A stretch of 64,000 bases of DNA. It comes from an uncultured Methanosarcinales archaeon (GTDB lineage Archaea > Nanobdellota > Nanobdellia > Woesearchaeales > ARS49). This document shows positions 48,854 through 58,383 of the stretch, one piece after another. The position numbers and the translations under genes are program-made. The notes under the pieces were generated by a model. That model was given only the letters and a program-made list of their open reading frames with translations, had not been told where the DNA came from and did not search any database. The DNA is taken from assembly GCA_964508495.1 (NCBI GenBank), contig CAZDUA010000004.1:290-64289 (forward strand), in the 5' to 3' direction. Each line of letters begins with the position of its first letter. Positions within the stretch are counted from its first letter, which is position 1.

Positions 48854-49590
48854 AGCGTGAACTGATTACCAAAATTCTCCTTAACAAACTGAGCCATCAT
48901 AGCATTGCCACCAAGCACGTAAGACTTGTAGGCAGTAGCAAACAATCCCTCTCTCAAACAAGTATCGCCTAATGTAGACAGCCTCTGCTGGTCGCCGGCC
49001 ATCTCATAAGCCTTGGCAGCATAGCCAATCTGACGCTCTCTCAAAGCCTTATCTCCAACCTCGGCAAGCTTCTGCTTGTTGCCAACAGCGCTGAAAACCT
49101 CAATAGCATGGTCATACTTTTCCTTTCTCAAACAATCTTCTCCAACTCGGGTAAGTCGTTCCACATTGTTAATAGAACGAAAAGCCGTAATTGCATCACC
49201 TGTTTTTCCCTCTTCCAAACACCTGTTGCCGATTTTCAACAACTTTTCAGTATTATCAGCAAGCCTGTAACACTCAATAGCATTCGTAAACAAGCCAACC
49301 TTCTCGTAATCCTCTCCCAGAGAAGTAAGCTTTGAACGGTTGCCAGCAAGAATAAACGTCTTCATAGCTTCAGGCAACCTGCCTTTCCTGACATACTCCT
49401 CACCAAAAGCATTCAACAAAGAAAGACGAGTTTCCTCATCAAACATTGACAAATTAATGTTGTCCAAACCCTTCTCAATCAAAGCCGGCAAAATTTGCCT
49501 GAAATTAGACAGTTTGGCCTCACGCTGACGGATTTCATTCACATTATCCGTCACATTTGAAACAACTTTTTGAAGAATCTTATCGTCCAT
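48850..49590 (-). CDS. helical-repeat protein (about 36-aa repeats, TPR/HEAT-like)
   Basis: Repeats of the L..(I/V)G..CL.EG....A...F pattern (IGNRCLEEGKTGDAI, VGEDCLRKEKYDHAI, VGDKALRERQIGYAA, LGDTCLREGLFATAY). Confidence 0.5.
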   Translation of the reverse strand: MDDKILQKVVSNVTDNVNEIRQREAKLSNFRQILPALIEKGLDNINLSMFDEETRLSLLNAFGEEYVRKGRLPEAMKTFILAGNRSKLTSLGEDYEKVGLFTNAIECYRLADNTEKLLKIGNRCLEEGKTGDAITAFRSINNVERLTRVGEDCLRKEKYDHAIEVFSAVGNKQKLAEVGDKALRERQIGYAAKAYEMAGDQQRLSTLGDTCLREGLFATAYKSYVLGGNAMMAQFVKENFGNQFTL

Positions 49591-49728
49591 ATCGCAACAC
49601 CTCTTTTCACACTCAACAGTGAATTAAATTCATAGTAAACTGATATATAAATGTTACTATTTTGTATACTGGAGTGATTCCCGACGAGAAAAGATAACTT
49701 TTTATTCTAAGCCCAGATTGACAAAAAC

Positions 49729-50034
49729 ATGAACATTCTACTAAGCATCGGCATTGCGTGGATTGCGTGCCAATTAATCAAAATAATCCTCAGCAAAAAA
49801 GTCTCAGCATTCTGGAACGTCGGAGGAATGCCAAGCTCGCACTCATCACTAGTAGGAGCACTAGCAACGGCAGTTGCACTGCAAGAAGGATTTGCGTCAA
49901 CACCCGCAGTAATATCTTATGTAATACTAACGATAGTTGTAAGAGACGCAGTCCACCTGCGACACACACTCAAAGAAGTTCTAGTCGGACTAGGCATAGG
50001 AATAATCGTCGTGTCACTCCTGCACTACGTGTAA
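49729..50034 (+). CDS. DUF212/divergent PAP2-like membrane protein (short)
   Basis: GGMPSSHSSLVGALATAV motif. Shorter than I would expect for this family. Confidence 0.5.
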   Translation: MNILLSIGIAWIACQLIKIILSKKVSAFWNVGGMPSSHSSLVGALATAVALQEGFASTPAVISYVILTIVVRDAVHLRHTLKEVLVGLGIGIIVVSLLHYV

Positions 50035-50438
50035 GGCGGAACCATAGAAAACAAGCTCTCAAGACCACGACGCAAAGCAGGCTTCTCAGTAATCTGGTCA
50101 TGCGTAAACGGAAACAACATCCACTTCTCATTCGCCTCAGGATTAACAAAATAAATACACAAACCCCTCAACTTGGAAAACTTATCCCAATTAGAAACAA
50201 CAAAATTGACATTCTTCTTCGTATTAAGAACAACCAAGCCAGCACCACCCGCCGATTTCTCAACAATCTCACCAGCGTCAGACAATTCAGGGCGAACGAG
50301 AACAAGAACATCCCCAGTAGTTTTATGCACGACAAAATCCCCATTCAAAGACTCAAAACCAGTAATGGACTTCTGAAGAACATCACGGCTCTTCAAATAA
50401 ATCTGAGCCCACTCCTTAAGCTGAGAAACTAAATCCAT
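50025..50438 (-). CDS. hypothetical protein (137 aa)
   Basis: Intact ORF with no motif recognised. Confidence 0.4.
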   Translation of the reverse strand: MDLVSQLKEWAQIYLKSRDVLQKSITGFESLNGDFVVHKTTGDVLVLVRPELSDAGEIVEKSAGGAGLVVLNTKKNVNFVVSNWDKFSKLRGLCIYFVNPEANEKWMLFPFTHDQITEKPALRRGLESLFSMVPPYT

Positions 50439-50497
50439 GCGCGGAAAACTAACGTGCAGCTACTTAAACTTTTATGTTTCCAGTCACGTGACAACAA

Positions 50498-50788
50498 TCA
50501 GGCTTCAACAGTTTCTTCAGCAGAAGCTTCCTCTTCAGAATAGCTTGGAACCGCTGCCTTGCTGATAATCATAATGTCGCCAACAGCCTTCACAAGCTGG
50601 TGAGGCACTATAACGCCCTTAGCACTGCCAAGCACCTTACTCAAGAAAGAATTCTTAGTAGCACGAACACGCCAGCCGTGAATCTTGGTTTGGGTCAAAA
50701 TGGCTTCCTCAACATCACCAAAATAGTCACCCTGATCGGTAAAAACCTTCATATCATACGTTTCCTGAATCTTTTTCATTCTGAGCAT
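50498..50788 (-). CDS. PRC-barrel domain protein
   Basis: VFTDQGDYFGDVEEAIL...IHGWRV...VIVPHQLVKAVGDIMII is typical of a small archaeal PRC barrel. Confidence 0.6.
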   Translation of the reverse strand: MLRMKKIQETYDMKVFTDQGDYFGDVEEAILTQTKIHGWRVRATKNSFLSKVLGSAKGVIVPHQLVKAVGDIMIISKAAVPSYSEEEASAEETVEA

Positions 50789-50888
50789 ATCAATTCCTCC
50801 TTTGCGGTCACTATTTTTGAAGAGTTAAACTATTTAAAGATTATGGTAAAGCACAGCATTAATATAGAGCAGAATATGGTATGAAACA

Positions 50889-51572
50889 GTGGCAAAGGTC
50901 AAAATAATAGGCACATCCCACATATCACCGGAAAGCCTCAAAAAAGTCGAACAAACAATTCTAGACGAAAAACCAACAATAGTAGCAATAGAACTAGACG
51001 CAAAAAGACTCTTCGCGCTGTTGCACAAGGGCAAACAAAGACTGAGCTTCAAAGACATAAAAAGAGTAGGATTCAAAGGATGGATGTTCGCACAAATAGG
51101 AGCATGGGCAGAAAAAAAGCTCGGAGCAAAAGTAGGAGTATCACCAGGCGCAGAAATGCTCAGAGCAGTAGCAGCAGCACAAAAAACAGGAGCGAGAATA
51201 GCCCTTATCGACCAAGACATCGACGTGACATTAAAAAAAATTTCCCACTCGCTCACATGGAAAGAAAAATGGAATTTTGCCAAAGACCTGTTCAAAGGAG
51301 TTGTATTGCGCAAAGGGATAAAGATAGATTTGTCAAAAGTACCATCACAAAAACTAATAGAGACACTAATGAACGACGTCAAAAAAAGATATCCTAGCAT
51401 CTACAAAGTACTCGTACAGGAAAGAAACGAATACATGGCAAAAAAACTGGCAAAAATAACACAATACCACCCGGATGCGTACATAATAGCAGTAGTCGGA
51501 GCCGGCCATGAAAAAGAAATGACTAAATTGTTGAAAAGTTATATAAAGGCGCAGAGAGAAAATATACAATAA
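50889..51572 (+). CDS. TraB/GumN-family protein
   Basis: IIGTSHISPESL, IAIELD, and VVGAGHEKEM. GTG start. Confidence 0.7.
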   Translation: MAKVKIIGTSHISPESLKKVEQTILDEKPTIVAIELDAKRLFALLHKGKQRLSFKDIKRVGFKGWMFAQIGAWAEKKLGAKVGVSPGAEMLRAVAAAQKTGARIALIDQDIDVTLKKISHSLTWKEKWNFAKDLFKGVVLRKGIKIDLSKVPSQKLIETLMNDVKKRYPSIYKVLVQERNEYMAKKLAKITQYHPDAYIIAVVGAGHEKEMTKLLKSYIKAQRENIQ

Positions 51573-51586
51573 AAAAGAGTGATAGC

Positions 51587-52324
51587 TTGAGAAACTTCAT
51601 AGACAAACTAAAAAGATACTTCTGGTTTTCAAAAGAAGAAACACTATCATTCTGGATAGTAGTTGTTTGTTTAGCATTCATTTACTCCTGGACAGACTGG
51701 GGAACACAGAGATTTGATGCGATTGTCGGACTGAAAAACTTCCTAATAGCAATAGTCCTCATAGGAATCACAGTATTCGTACACCACGCAGGACAAAGAA
51801 TGATGGCATTATCGCTCGGATTAAGAGCAGAACACAAACTATGGTGGTATGGACTATTAATTGGGTTAATACTCGTCGCAATAACCAACGGAAAAATCAA
51901 ATTTCTTGCGGCAACAGGAACACTAGCGTATCTGCTGCCAATACACAGGCTAGGAGCGTTCAGGTACGGACCAAACCTGACAACACTATCAAAAATAGCA
52001 ATGGCAGGACCAGTAGCGAACATATTCTTCTCAGCATTAGTCAAAAGCTTTGAATGGATAGGACTACTAAGCCCTGCTCTCGGAGAGAAATTATTCGTCA
52101 TGAACTTAACATTCGCATTCTGGAACCTATTCCCCATACCACCATTAGACGGCTCAAAAATCTTCTACTACTCACGACTAACATACGTATTCCTATTCAC
52201 CGCTTTCACAGGATACGTAGCGCTCGAATACTTTTTCAAGATATACTCTTACTGGTCAGGACTGTTCATAGGAGCAATATGCTGGCTATTATTCTACATC
52301 TTTGTTGAAAGAAAGGTGAGATAG
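51587..52324 (+). CDS. M50 (site-2 protease)-like membrane protein with degenerate HExxH
   Basis: NLFPIPPLDGSKI motif present, but the expected HExxH reads HHAGQ. TTG start is uncertain. Confidence 0.5.
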   Translation: MRNFIDKLKRYFWFSKEETLSFWIVVVCLAFIYSWTDWGTQRFDAIVGLKNFLIAIVLIGITVFVHHAGQRMMALSLGLRAEHKLWWYGLLIGLILVAITNGKIKFLAATGTLAYLLPIHRLGAFRYGPNLTTLSKIAMAGPVANIFFSALVKSFEWIGLLSPALGEKLFVMNLTFAFWNLFPIPPLDGSKIFYYSRLTYVFLFTAFTGYVALEYFFKIYSYWSGLFIGAICWLLFYIFVERKVR

Positions 52325-52638
52325 TGCAATTCCAGTTCGACTGGCCTGAACTCCTTGCGGCAATATTCGCAATAATCGGACTAACATTCGCATTGTTCTC
52401 AGGCAACACAATGATACTCTACGCAGTCTGCCTATTAACAGGCCTAATGCTAGGCAGGCTATGGTACAAGTTCAGAATGAGCCACTGCGTTCCATTATTC
52501 TTCATCGTAATGGGATTCTTCCTAGGATTCATACTCGGAGGAATATTCGCAAACATCAGAATCATCGCAATCCTACTATTGACGGGAATTCTAATAGGAT
52601 ACTGGATACACGAAAAGAAACTCATTAGGACAGTATAA
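52324..52638 (+). CDS. small membrane protein (104 aa, 3 TM)
   Basis: Hydrophobic helices. GTG start overlapping the previous stop. Confidence 0.4.
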   Translation: MQFQFDWPELLAAIFAIIGLTFALFSGNTMILYAVCLLTGLMLGRLWYKFRMSHCVPLFFIVMGFFLGFILGGIFANIRIIAILLLTGILIGYWIHEKKLIRTV

Positions 52639-52679
52639 TTACGAAAACAATTAATACAACACAACACAGAGAATAGACT

Positions 52680-54869
52680 ATGTTACGGGGGTTCACGCCA
52701 AGACTCTACCAAGAGACAATACTCGCCACAGCGGCGCTGAAAAACACACTAGTTGTACTGCCAACAGGAATGGGAAAAACTGGAGTGGCATTATTACTTG
52801 CAGTACAACGACTAAAACAGTACCCGCAGTCAAAAATACTAATTCTGGCGCCCACAAAACCATTAGCAGAACAACACCTGACGACATTCCAACAATCACT
52901 AGACCTACCGGAAGAAAAATTCGCGCTGTTCACAGGAAACGTTTCGCCAGAAAAAAGAGCACAAACCTGGCAGACAGCGCAAATTATATTTTCAACACCA
53001 CAAGGACTAGAAAATGACGTCATAGGAAACAAAATAGACATATCAAAAGTAAGCTTACTAGTATTTGACGAAGCACACAGAGCAACAGGAGACTACAGCT
53101 ACGTCTTTCTCGCAAAACAATACCAAAGAAAATCAGACTGGCCAAGAATACTCGCACTAACAGCAAGCCCAGGAAGCGACACGGCAAAAATAGAAGAAGT
53201 CTGCAACAACCTAGGCATAGAAGCAGTCGAAATAAGAACAGAAAAAGACCCGGACATACAACCATACATACAACAAATCGACGTAGAATGGATAAAAGTA
53301 GACCTCCCAGAAGAATTCAAAAAAATACAACACCTGATGCAACAATGCATACGAGGAAAAGCAGACCAGCTAAAACAATTTGGAATAAAAGGAGCGTTAA
53401 TTACGAAAAAAGACGTACTGCAACTACAATTCCAACTCCGCGCAAAAATATCAGCAGGAGAAAAAGACTACGAAGCAATGAAAGCAATAAGCGTGCTCGC
53501 AGAAATAATAAAAGCACAACACGCACTTGAATTATTAGAGACGCAGGGAGTAGCGCCATTAAACCGATACTTACAAGGACTATACGAGCAAGCAGAAAGC
53601 AGCAAAGTGAAAGCAGTTAAAAATTTAACAGCCGACATAGCATTCAAGAGCGCATTCATACTCGCGCAGAAATTATTAGAACAAAAAGTTGAACATCCAA
53701 AAGTAAAAGCGTTAATTGATTTCTTAACAAAAGAATTACAGCAGAACAAATTGATAAAAATAATATTGTTCACGCAATACCGAGACACCGCCGTTTTGCT
53801 GTCAGAAGAACTGAACAAACACCAAGGAGCACTAGCAAAAATATTCGTCGGACAAGCCAAAAAAAGAGACACGGGACTAAGCCAAAAACAACAAACAGAA
53901 ATGCTCGACCAGTTCAGAGATGGACTCTTCAACATTCTAATTGCCACATCAGTAGCAGAAGAAGGACTGGACATACCAAAAGTAGACTTAGTAGCATTCT
54001 ACGAGCCAATACCAAGCGCGATAAGACACATACAAAGACGAGGAAGAACAGGAAGACAAGAAAAAGGAAGAGTAGCAATCTTCATGACAAAAGCAACACG
54101 AGACGAAGCATACGCATGGAGCGCAAAACACAAAGAAGCAAGAATGATAAGCGTGTTAGAACAAATGAGAAAAGACTTAACCATAAAACTCGCGCCAAAA
54201 CAACCAACACTGGCAAATTATGATAACAATATCAAAATATTCGCTGACTACAGAGAAAAAACCACTGGAACTGTTAAAGAACTAGTAGAGCTGGGCGTCA
54301 GCGTAAAACTTGAAATGCTCACCAGCGCAGATTATATTCTCAGTTCAAGAGTAGGAGTTGAATTGAAAACAGCAAATGATTTCGTCGACAGCATAGTAGA
54401 CGGCAGACTGCTTGAACAATTGAAAACTTTAAAGAAAAGCTTTGAACGACCCATAATAATGATACAAGGAACACAAGACTTGTATGCGTTAAGAAACGTC
54501 CATCCGAATGCAATACGAGGCATGCTAGGCACAATAGCAGTAAGTTACGGAATACCAATACTTTACGCAAAAGATGAAAAAGACAGCGCAGCATTACTGC
54601 TCTCAATAGCAAAACGAGAACAAGACGATGACAAAAAAGACTTCTCACCACATGCAGACAAAAAACCAATGACGACAAAAGAACAACAAGAATATTTAGT
54701 GAGCTGTCTGCCAAGCGTTGGACCGAATTTGGCAAAAGAACTACTGAAAAGATTCGGATCAGTGCAAGCAATATTCATGGCAACAGAAGAAGGATTGAAA
54801 AAAACACCAGGAATAGGCGACAAAATAGCAAAAGCGATAAGAGAATTATCTACACGATCATACAATTAG
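52680..54869 (+). CDS. hef: Hef/FANCM-type helicase-nuclease
   Basis: SF2 helicase (LPTGMGKT, FDEAHRA, SVAEEGLDIP, QRRGRTGR), an ERCC4 nuclease (ADYIL..VGVELKT..D) and a C-terminal (HhH)2. Confidence 0.9.
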   Translation: MLRGFTPRLYQETILATAALKNTLVVLPTGMGKTGVALLLAVQRLKQYPQSKILILAPTKPLAEQHLTTFQQSLDLPEEKFALFTGNVSPEKRAQTWQTAQIIFSTPQGLENDVIGNKIDISKVSLLVFDEAHRATGDYSYVFLAKQYQRKSDWPRILALTASPGSDTAKIEEVCNNLGIEAVEIRTEKDPDIQPYIQQIDVEWIKVDLPEEFKKIQHLMQQCIRGKADQLKQFGIKGALITKKDVLQLQFQLRAKISAGEKDYEAMKAISVLAEIIKAQHALELLETQGVAPLNRYLQGLYEQAESSKVKAVKNLTADIAFKSAFILAQKLLEQKVEHPKVKALIDFLTKELQQNKLIKIILFTQYRDTAVLLSEELNKHQGALAKIFVGQAKKRDTGLSQKQQTEMLDQFRDGLFNILIATSVAEEGLDIPKVDLVAFYEPIPSAIRHIQRRGRTGRQEKGRVAIFMTKATRDEAYAWSAKHKEARMISVLEQMRKDLTIKLAPKQPTLANYDNNIKIFADYREKTTGTVKELVELGVSVKLEMLTSADYILSSRVGVELKTANDFVDSIVDGRLLEQLKTLKKSFERPIIMIQGTQDLYALRNVHPNAIRGMLGTIAVSYGIPILYAKDEKDSAALLLSIAKREQDDDKKDFSPHADKKPMTTKEQQEYLVSCLPSVGPNLAKELLKRFGSVQAIFMATEEGLKKTPGIGDKIAKAIRELSTRSYN

Positions 54870-55711
54870 AACTTCATCTTATGCAAGCGCTCAACACGAC
54901 TCTTAGTAGGAGGATGTGTTGAGAAAAGCGAAACTAGTCCACCAGCGGTAAAAGGATTAACAATAAACAAAGAACTCGTAGTTGAATTTCCCCTTAACGG
55001 CTTAGCCCTGCAACCCTGCTCGAGCTTGTTCAAAGCACTAGCAAGACTATGAGAATCCTTCAAAGTCTTAGCTCCAGTCTCATCAGCAAGATACTCTCTA
55101 GAACGAGAAATGGCGAGCTGCAAGATTAAAGCAATAATAGGAGCAATAATAGACATGGCAATCAAACCAATTAAATTACCAGCACCATTATCACGATCGC
55201 GCATTCCACCAAAAATTGCAGCAAAACGAGCCATCATAGCAACATAAGAAATAACCGCGGCAAGAGTAGCAGCAATAGTAGTAACGAGCATGTCACGGTT
55301 TTTGACATGAGACAACTCATGCGCAAGAACACCCTTAAGCTCGTTATCAGTCAACAATTTCAAAATACCCTCAGTACACGCAACAACAGCCTTCTTATGA
55401 GAAGGACCAGTGGCAAAAGCATTAGGAGTCTCAGTCGGAACAATATATAGAGCGGGCTTGGGCAAGCCAATCTTATGAGCGATATCCTCGACCATCTTAT
55501 GCAAATGAGGATAATCCTTCTTAGAAGCCGGCCTTGCCTTGTACATCAACAAAACAAGCTTATGAGACCAGAAAAACATGCCAAAATTCATCAAAACAGC
55601 CAAAACAAGAGCAATCGTAAGACCGGTATTACCGCCCATAAAAAAACCTATTCCAAGAACTAAACCAGACAAACCACCCAGCAACAAAACAGTCTTAATT
55701 TGGTTCCACAT
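54866..55711 (-). CDS. htpX: HtpX-type M48 zinc metalloprotease
   Basis: HELSHVKNRD, four TM helices, and EYLADETGA. Confidence 0.9.
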   Translation of the reverse strand: MWNQIKTVLLLGGLSGLVLGIGFFMGGNTGLTIALVLAVLMNFGMFFWSHKLVLLMYKARPASKKDYPHLHKMVEDIAHKIGLPKPALYIVPTETPNAFATGPSHKKAVVACTEGILKLLTDNELKGVLAHELSHVKNRDMLVTTIAATLAAVISYVAMMARFAAIFGGMRDRDNGAGNLIGLIAMSIIAPIIALILQLAISRSREYLADETGAKTLKDSHSLASALNKLEQGCRAKPLRGNSTTSSLFIVNPFTAGGLVSLFSTHPPTKSRVERLHKMKF

Positions 55712-55808
55712 TTATTCCACCCACAACTGTTCTTCCAATCTGCATTTATAAAGGTTATGGACGTGCATTCGCAAAGATTAAAAAACAAACAAGAAAAATG
55801 GAAATAAC

Positions 55809-56414
55809 ATGAAAAAAACAGCACTTTTACTGATTTTGACAATTCTAACTGCCTGCATGCCGGAAATCCAGCCACAACAAAACCAAACAACAAACATCAG
55901 CACAAAAGACCTAGTTCTAAATGAATTTGCCAGACTGGACAAAGAACTTAACACGTCATGGCACGAAGAACAACTACCAGACAATATGATAAAAACAGAA
56001 GCAATAGAGCCATGGACAGCACAAATGCTGTTCCTCAAAGACAGAATTTCAAATCAAAACGACACAATATCACTCAAGCTTGTGGAAGCAAGAACAGACA
56101 TGCTCAAATCACAGCTTGCTTTCTATTTGATGAAAGAAATCAACTATACGCCCACAGATAAAATAAATTGCGACGATTTCGAAACTCCGGCAAAAGCAAT
56201 GGGATTGCTTGACGCTGCGCACAAATCCTGGTTGAACTTCCTAAAAAACATGGACGTAGTACTTCAAGACGCTGAATGGAGAAATTTGATAGGAGTCGAT
56301 GAAAAACGGCCGAAATTTTACAAAACACCACTGCACAACGCACCAAAAACGATAAACGAAACAGTAAATGCAGTAAAAACCCAGTGCGGAATAGAAATAG
56401 TTATACAGAACTAA
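55809..56414 (+). CDS. predicted lipoprotein (201 aa)
   Basis: Lipobox LTAC followed by MPEIQ. Confidence 0.55.
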   Translation: MKKTALLLILTILTACMPEIQPQQNQTTNISTKDLVLNEFARLDKELNTSWHEEQLPDNMIKTEAIEPWTAQMLFLKDRISNQNDTISLKLVEARTDMLKSQLAFYLMKEINYTPTDKINCDDFETPAKAMGLLDAAHKSWLNFLKNMDVVLQDAEWRNLIGVDEKRPKFYKTPLHNAPKTINETVNAVKTQCGIEIVIQN

Positions 56415-56760
56415 GATAAGAATCAAGCCCTTCTATGTGACGAAGCTCAGTCTTGAACAAAAACTCACGCAACTTGTTATTTATTTTAACACCATGCGCC
56501 TGCAAGCCAACAGAAAGCTCATGATACAATTTCTTACCCTCGTTGTCAAGATCGGTTAGAAGAACAGCCTCTTTTTTAGTTTCAGCAATCTCCTCAACAA
56601 CCGCAAACAAAGGCTTCTTCAAATGCATAACATTTGTAATTCCGAGAGAGTTTAACGCCTTGACATCCTTGATGCCTTCAACAACAACCAACAAGTTTTT
56701 GCGCTTAATTTCATCGAGAAATTCCAGAATTTGCTCCCGTTCCTCCATATCACTGGACAA
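56401..56760 (-). CDS. small Toprim-domain protein
   Basis: LVVVEGIKDVKAL and LLTDLDNEGKKL (Toprim E and DxD). Confidence 0.7.
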   Translation of the reverse strand: MSSDMEEREQILEFLDEIKRKNLLVVVEGIKDVKALNSLGITNVMHLKKPLFAVVEEIAETKKEAVLLTDLDNEGKKLYHELSVGLQAHGVKINNKLREFLFKTELRHIEGLDSYLSSV

Positions 56761-56807
56761 ATAAGGGGAGAAGTTATATAAATTCTCGGAACAACGACTA
56801 TACGGGG

Positions 56808-58166
56808 ATGGCAGACTACAAAAAAATACACATCAGCACACTGCTGAAGTACTACAAAAGACCAGAGATACAGCAAGCGCTAATTGATTCTGCAGATAAA
56901 AGAGAAATAGCGCTAAGCTACGGCGGAACAGGATACGGAAAAAGACCTGACGTTTTGAAATACCCAAAAGATATACTGGAAGCAGTCAAACAAGGAGCAA
57001 CATCATTCCACTGCAGCGAAGAAATCTGGAACAACCCATTACAGATTACGACTGGAATGAAGCCAGAAGAGCTAAACGAAATAAGAATAGGATGGGACTT
57101 GATACTGGACATAGACTGCCCTGAGCTGGAATACTCCAAAATTGCAGCAGACTTATTGGTGCAAGCACTAAGACATCATGGAGTACAACACGTTTCTGTA
57201 AAGTTTTCAGGAAACCACGGATTCCACATAGGAGTACCATTCGAAGCATTCCCGGAAACAGTAAACGGCAAACCAATCAAAGACCAATTCCCAGACGGGC
57301 CAAGAAAAATCGCTGCTTACTTGCAAAACATGATAAAAGAACCGCTAGCGCAAAGACTACTGCAAGCAGACAGTCCAGGAAGAATGGCAGAAAAAATCAA
57401 AAAACCAGTCAATGAGATAGTAAAAAACGGGCAATTAGAAGCGTTTTCTGTCCTGTCAATTGATACAATACTAATTGCTACGAGACATTTGTACAGAATG
57501 CCGTATTCTTTGAATGAAAAATCGGGACTTGTCAGCGTTGTAATAAAACCAGAAGAAATAATCGCGTTTGACAAAAAAGATGCGACGCCTGAGAAAGTCA
57601 TTCCTAAGATGACGTATTTAGACAGAACACAAGTCATACAAGGAGAAGCAAAGAAGTTAATAGTGCAGGCGTTTGATTTCAAAACGACAACGGAAACACG
57701 GCAAGAAATCAAAGACCTCGTCGACAAAAAAGGAAAAGAATACCTGCCATTAACAGAAGCAGTGCCAGAACAATACTTCCCGCCATGCATACAATTGATT
57801 TCACAGGGACTGCAGGATGGCAAAAAAAGAGCTCTTTTCATTCTAATTAATTTCTTATCATCCTGCGGGTGGAGTTATGACAAGATTGAAAACTATCTCA
57901 ACGAGTGGAACAAAAAGAATCCAGAGCCATTAAGAGAAGTGCTGATACAAGGACAATTAAGATACCACAAAACGCAGAAGAAAAAAGCATTGCCGCCAAA
58001 TTGCGATAATAAAGCGTACATGGTCGATTTAGGAGTATGCAAGCCGGACGGATTCTGCCCAAAAATCAAAAATCCAACCAACTACGCCATAGCAAAACAA
58101 AGAATGATGGCAAGAATGGCGGAAAAGAACACAAAGACGAAAAAACAGGAACCAAAGCCGAACTAG
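56808..58166 (+). CDS. priS: fused DNA primase: PriS catalytic domain + PriL-like Fe-S C-terminal domain
   Basis: LILDIDCPE and FSGNHGFHIGVP (PriS motifs). C-terminus has FPPCIQLI..., PPNCD and GVCKPDGFC, a PriL-CTD-like Cys set. Confidence 0.75.
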   Translation: MADYKKIHISTLLKYYKRPEIQQALIDSADKREIALSYGGTGYGKRPDVLKYPKDILEAVKQGATSFHCSEEIWNNPLQITTGMKPEELNEIRIGWDLILDIDCPELEYSKIAADLLVQALRHHGVQHVSVKFSGNHGFHIGVPFEAFPETVNGKPIKDQFPDGPRKIAAYLQNMIKEPLAQRLLQADSPGRMAEKIKKPVNEIVKNGQLEAFSVLSIDTILIATRHLYRMPYSLNEKSGLVSVVIKPEEIIAFDKKDATPEKVIPKMTYLDRTQVIQGEAKKLIVQAFDFKTTTETRQEIKDLVDKKGKEYLPLTEAVPEQYFPPCIQLISQGLQDGKKRALFILINFLSSCGWSYDKIENYLNEWNKKNPEPLREVLIQGQLRYHKTQKKKALPPNCDNKAYMVDLGVCKPDGFCPKIKNPTNYAIAKQRMMARMAEKNTKTKKQEPKPN

Positions 58167-58202
58167 TTCGACGAGGTCCTAAAAAGCTACGCTTTTCGGA
58201 AC

Positions 58203-58214
58203 CTTTATAAACCA
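58203..58214 (+). promoter_or_regulatory. TATA-like box for the L3 operon
   Basis: cctttataaacc lies about 170 nt upstream of the rpl3 ATG, implying a long leader. Confidence 0.5.
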
Positions 58215-58383
58215 CCCCTCTTGTCGTCAGGTAATCTGACGAGCCTGAGAAGGAAATCCCAGTACAGTCAGTGCAAACGCACTACCTGTTTCTAAGGAGG
58301 GTTTCCGTAAAAGGCTTTTTGTCGGAAAATAACACAGTAAAGGGCACCGTGTTTAAGCAAAAAATACTCACGCAGAGGAGTCT

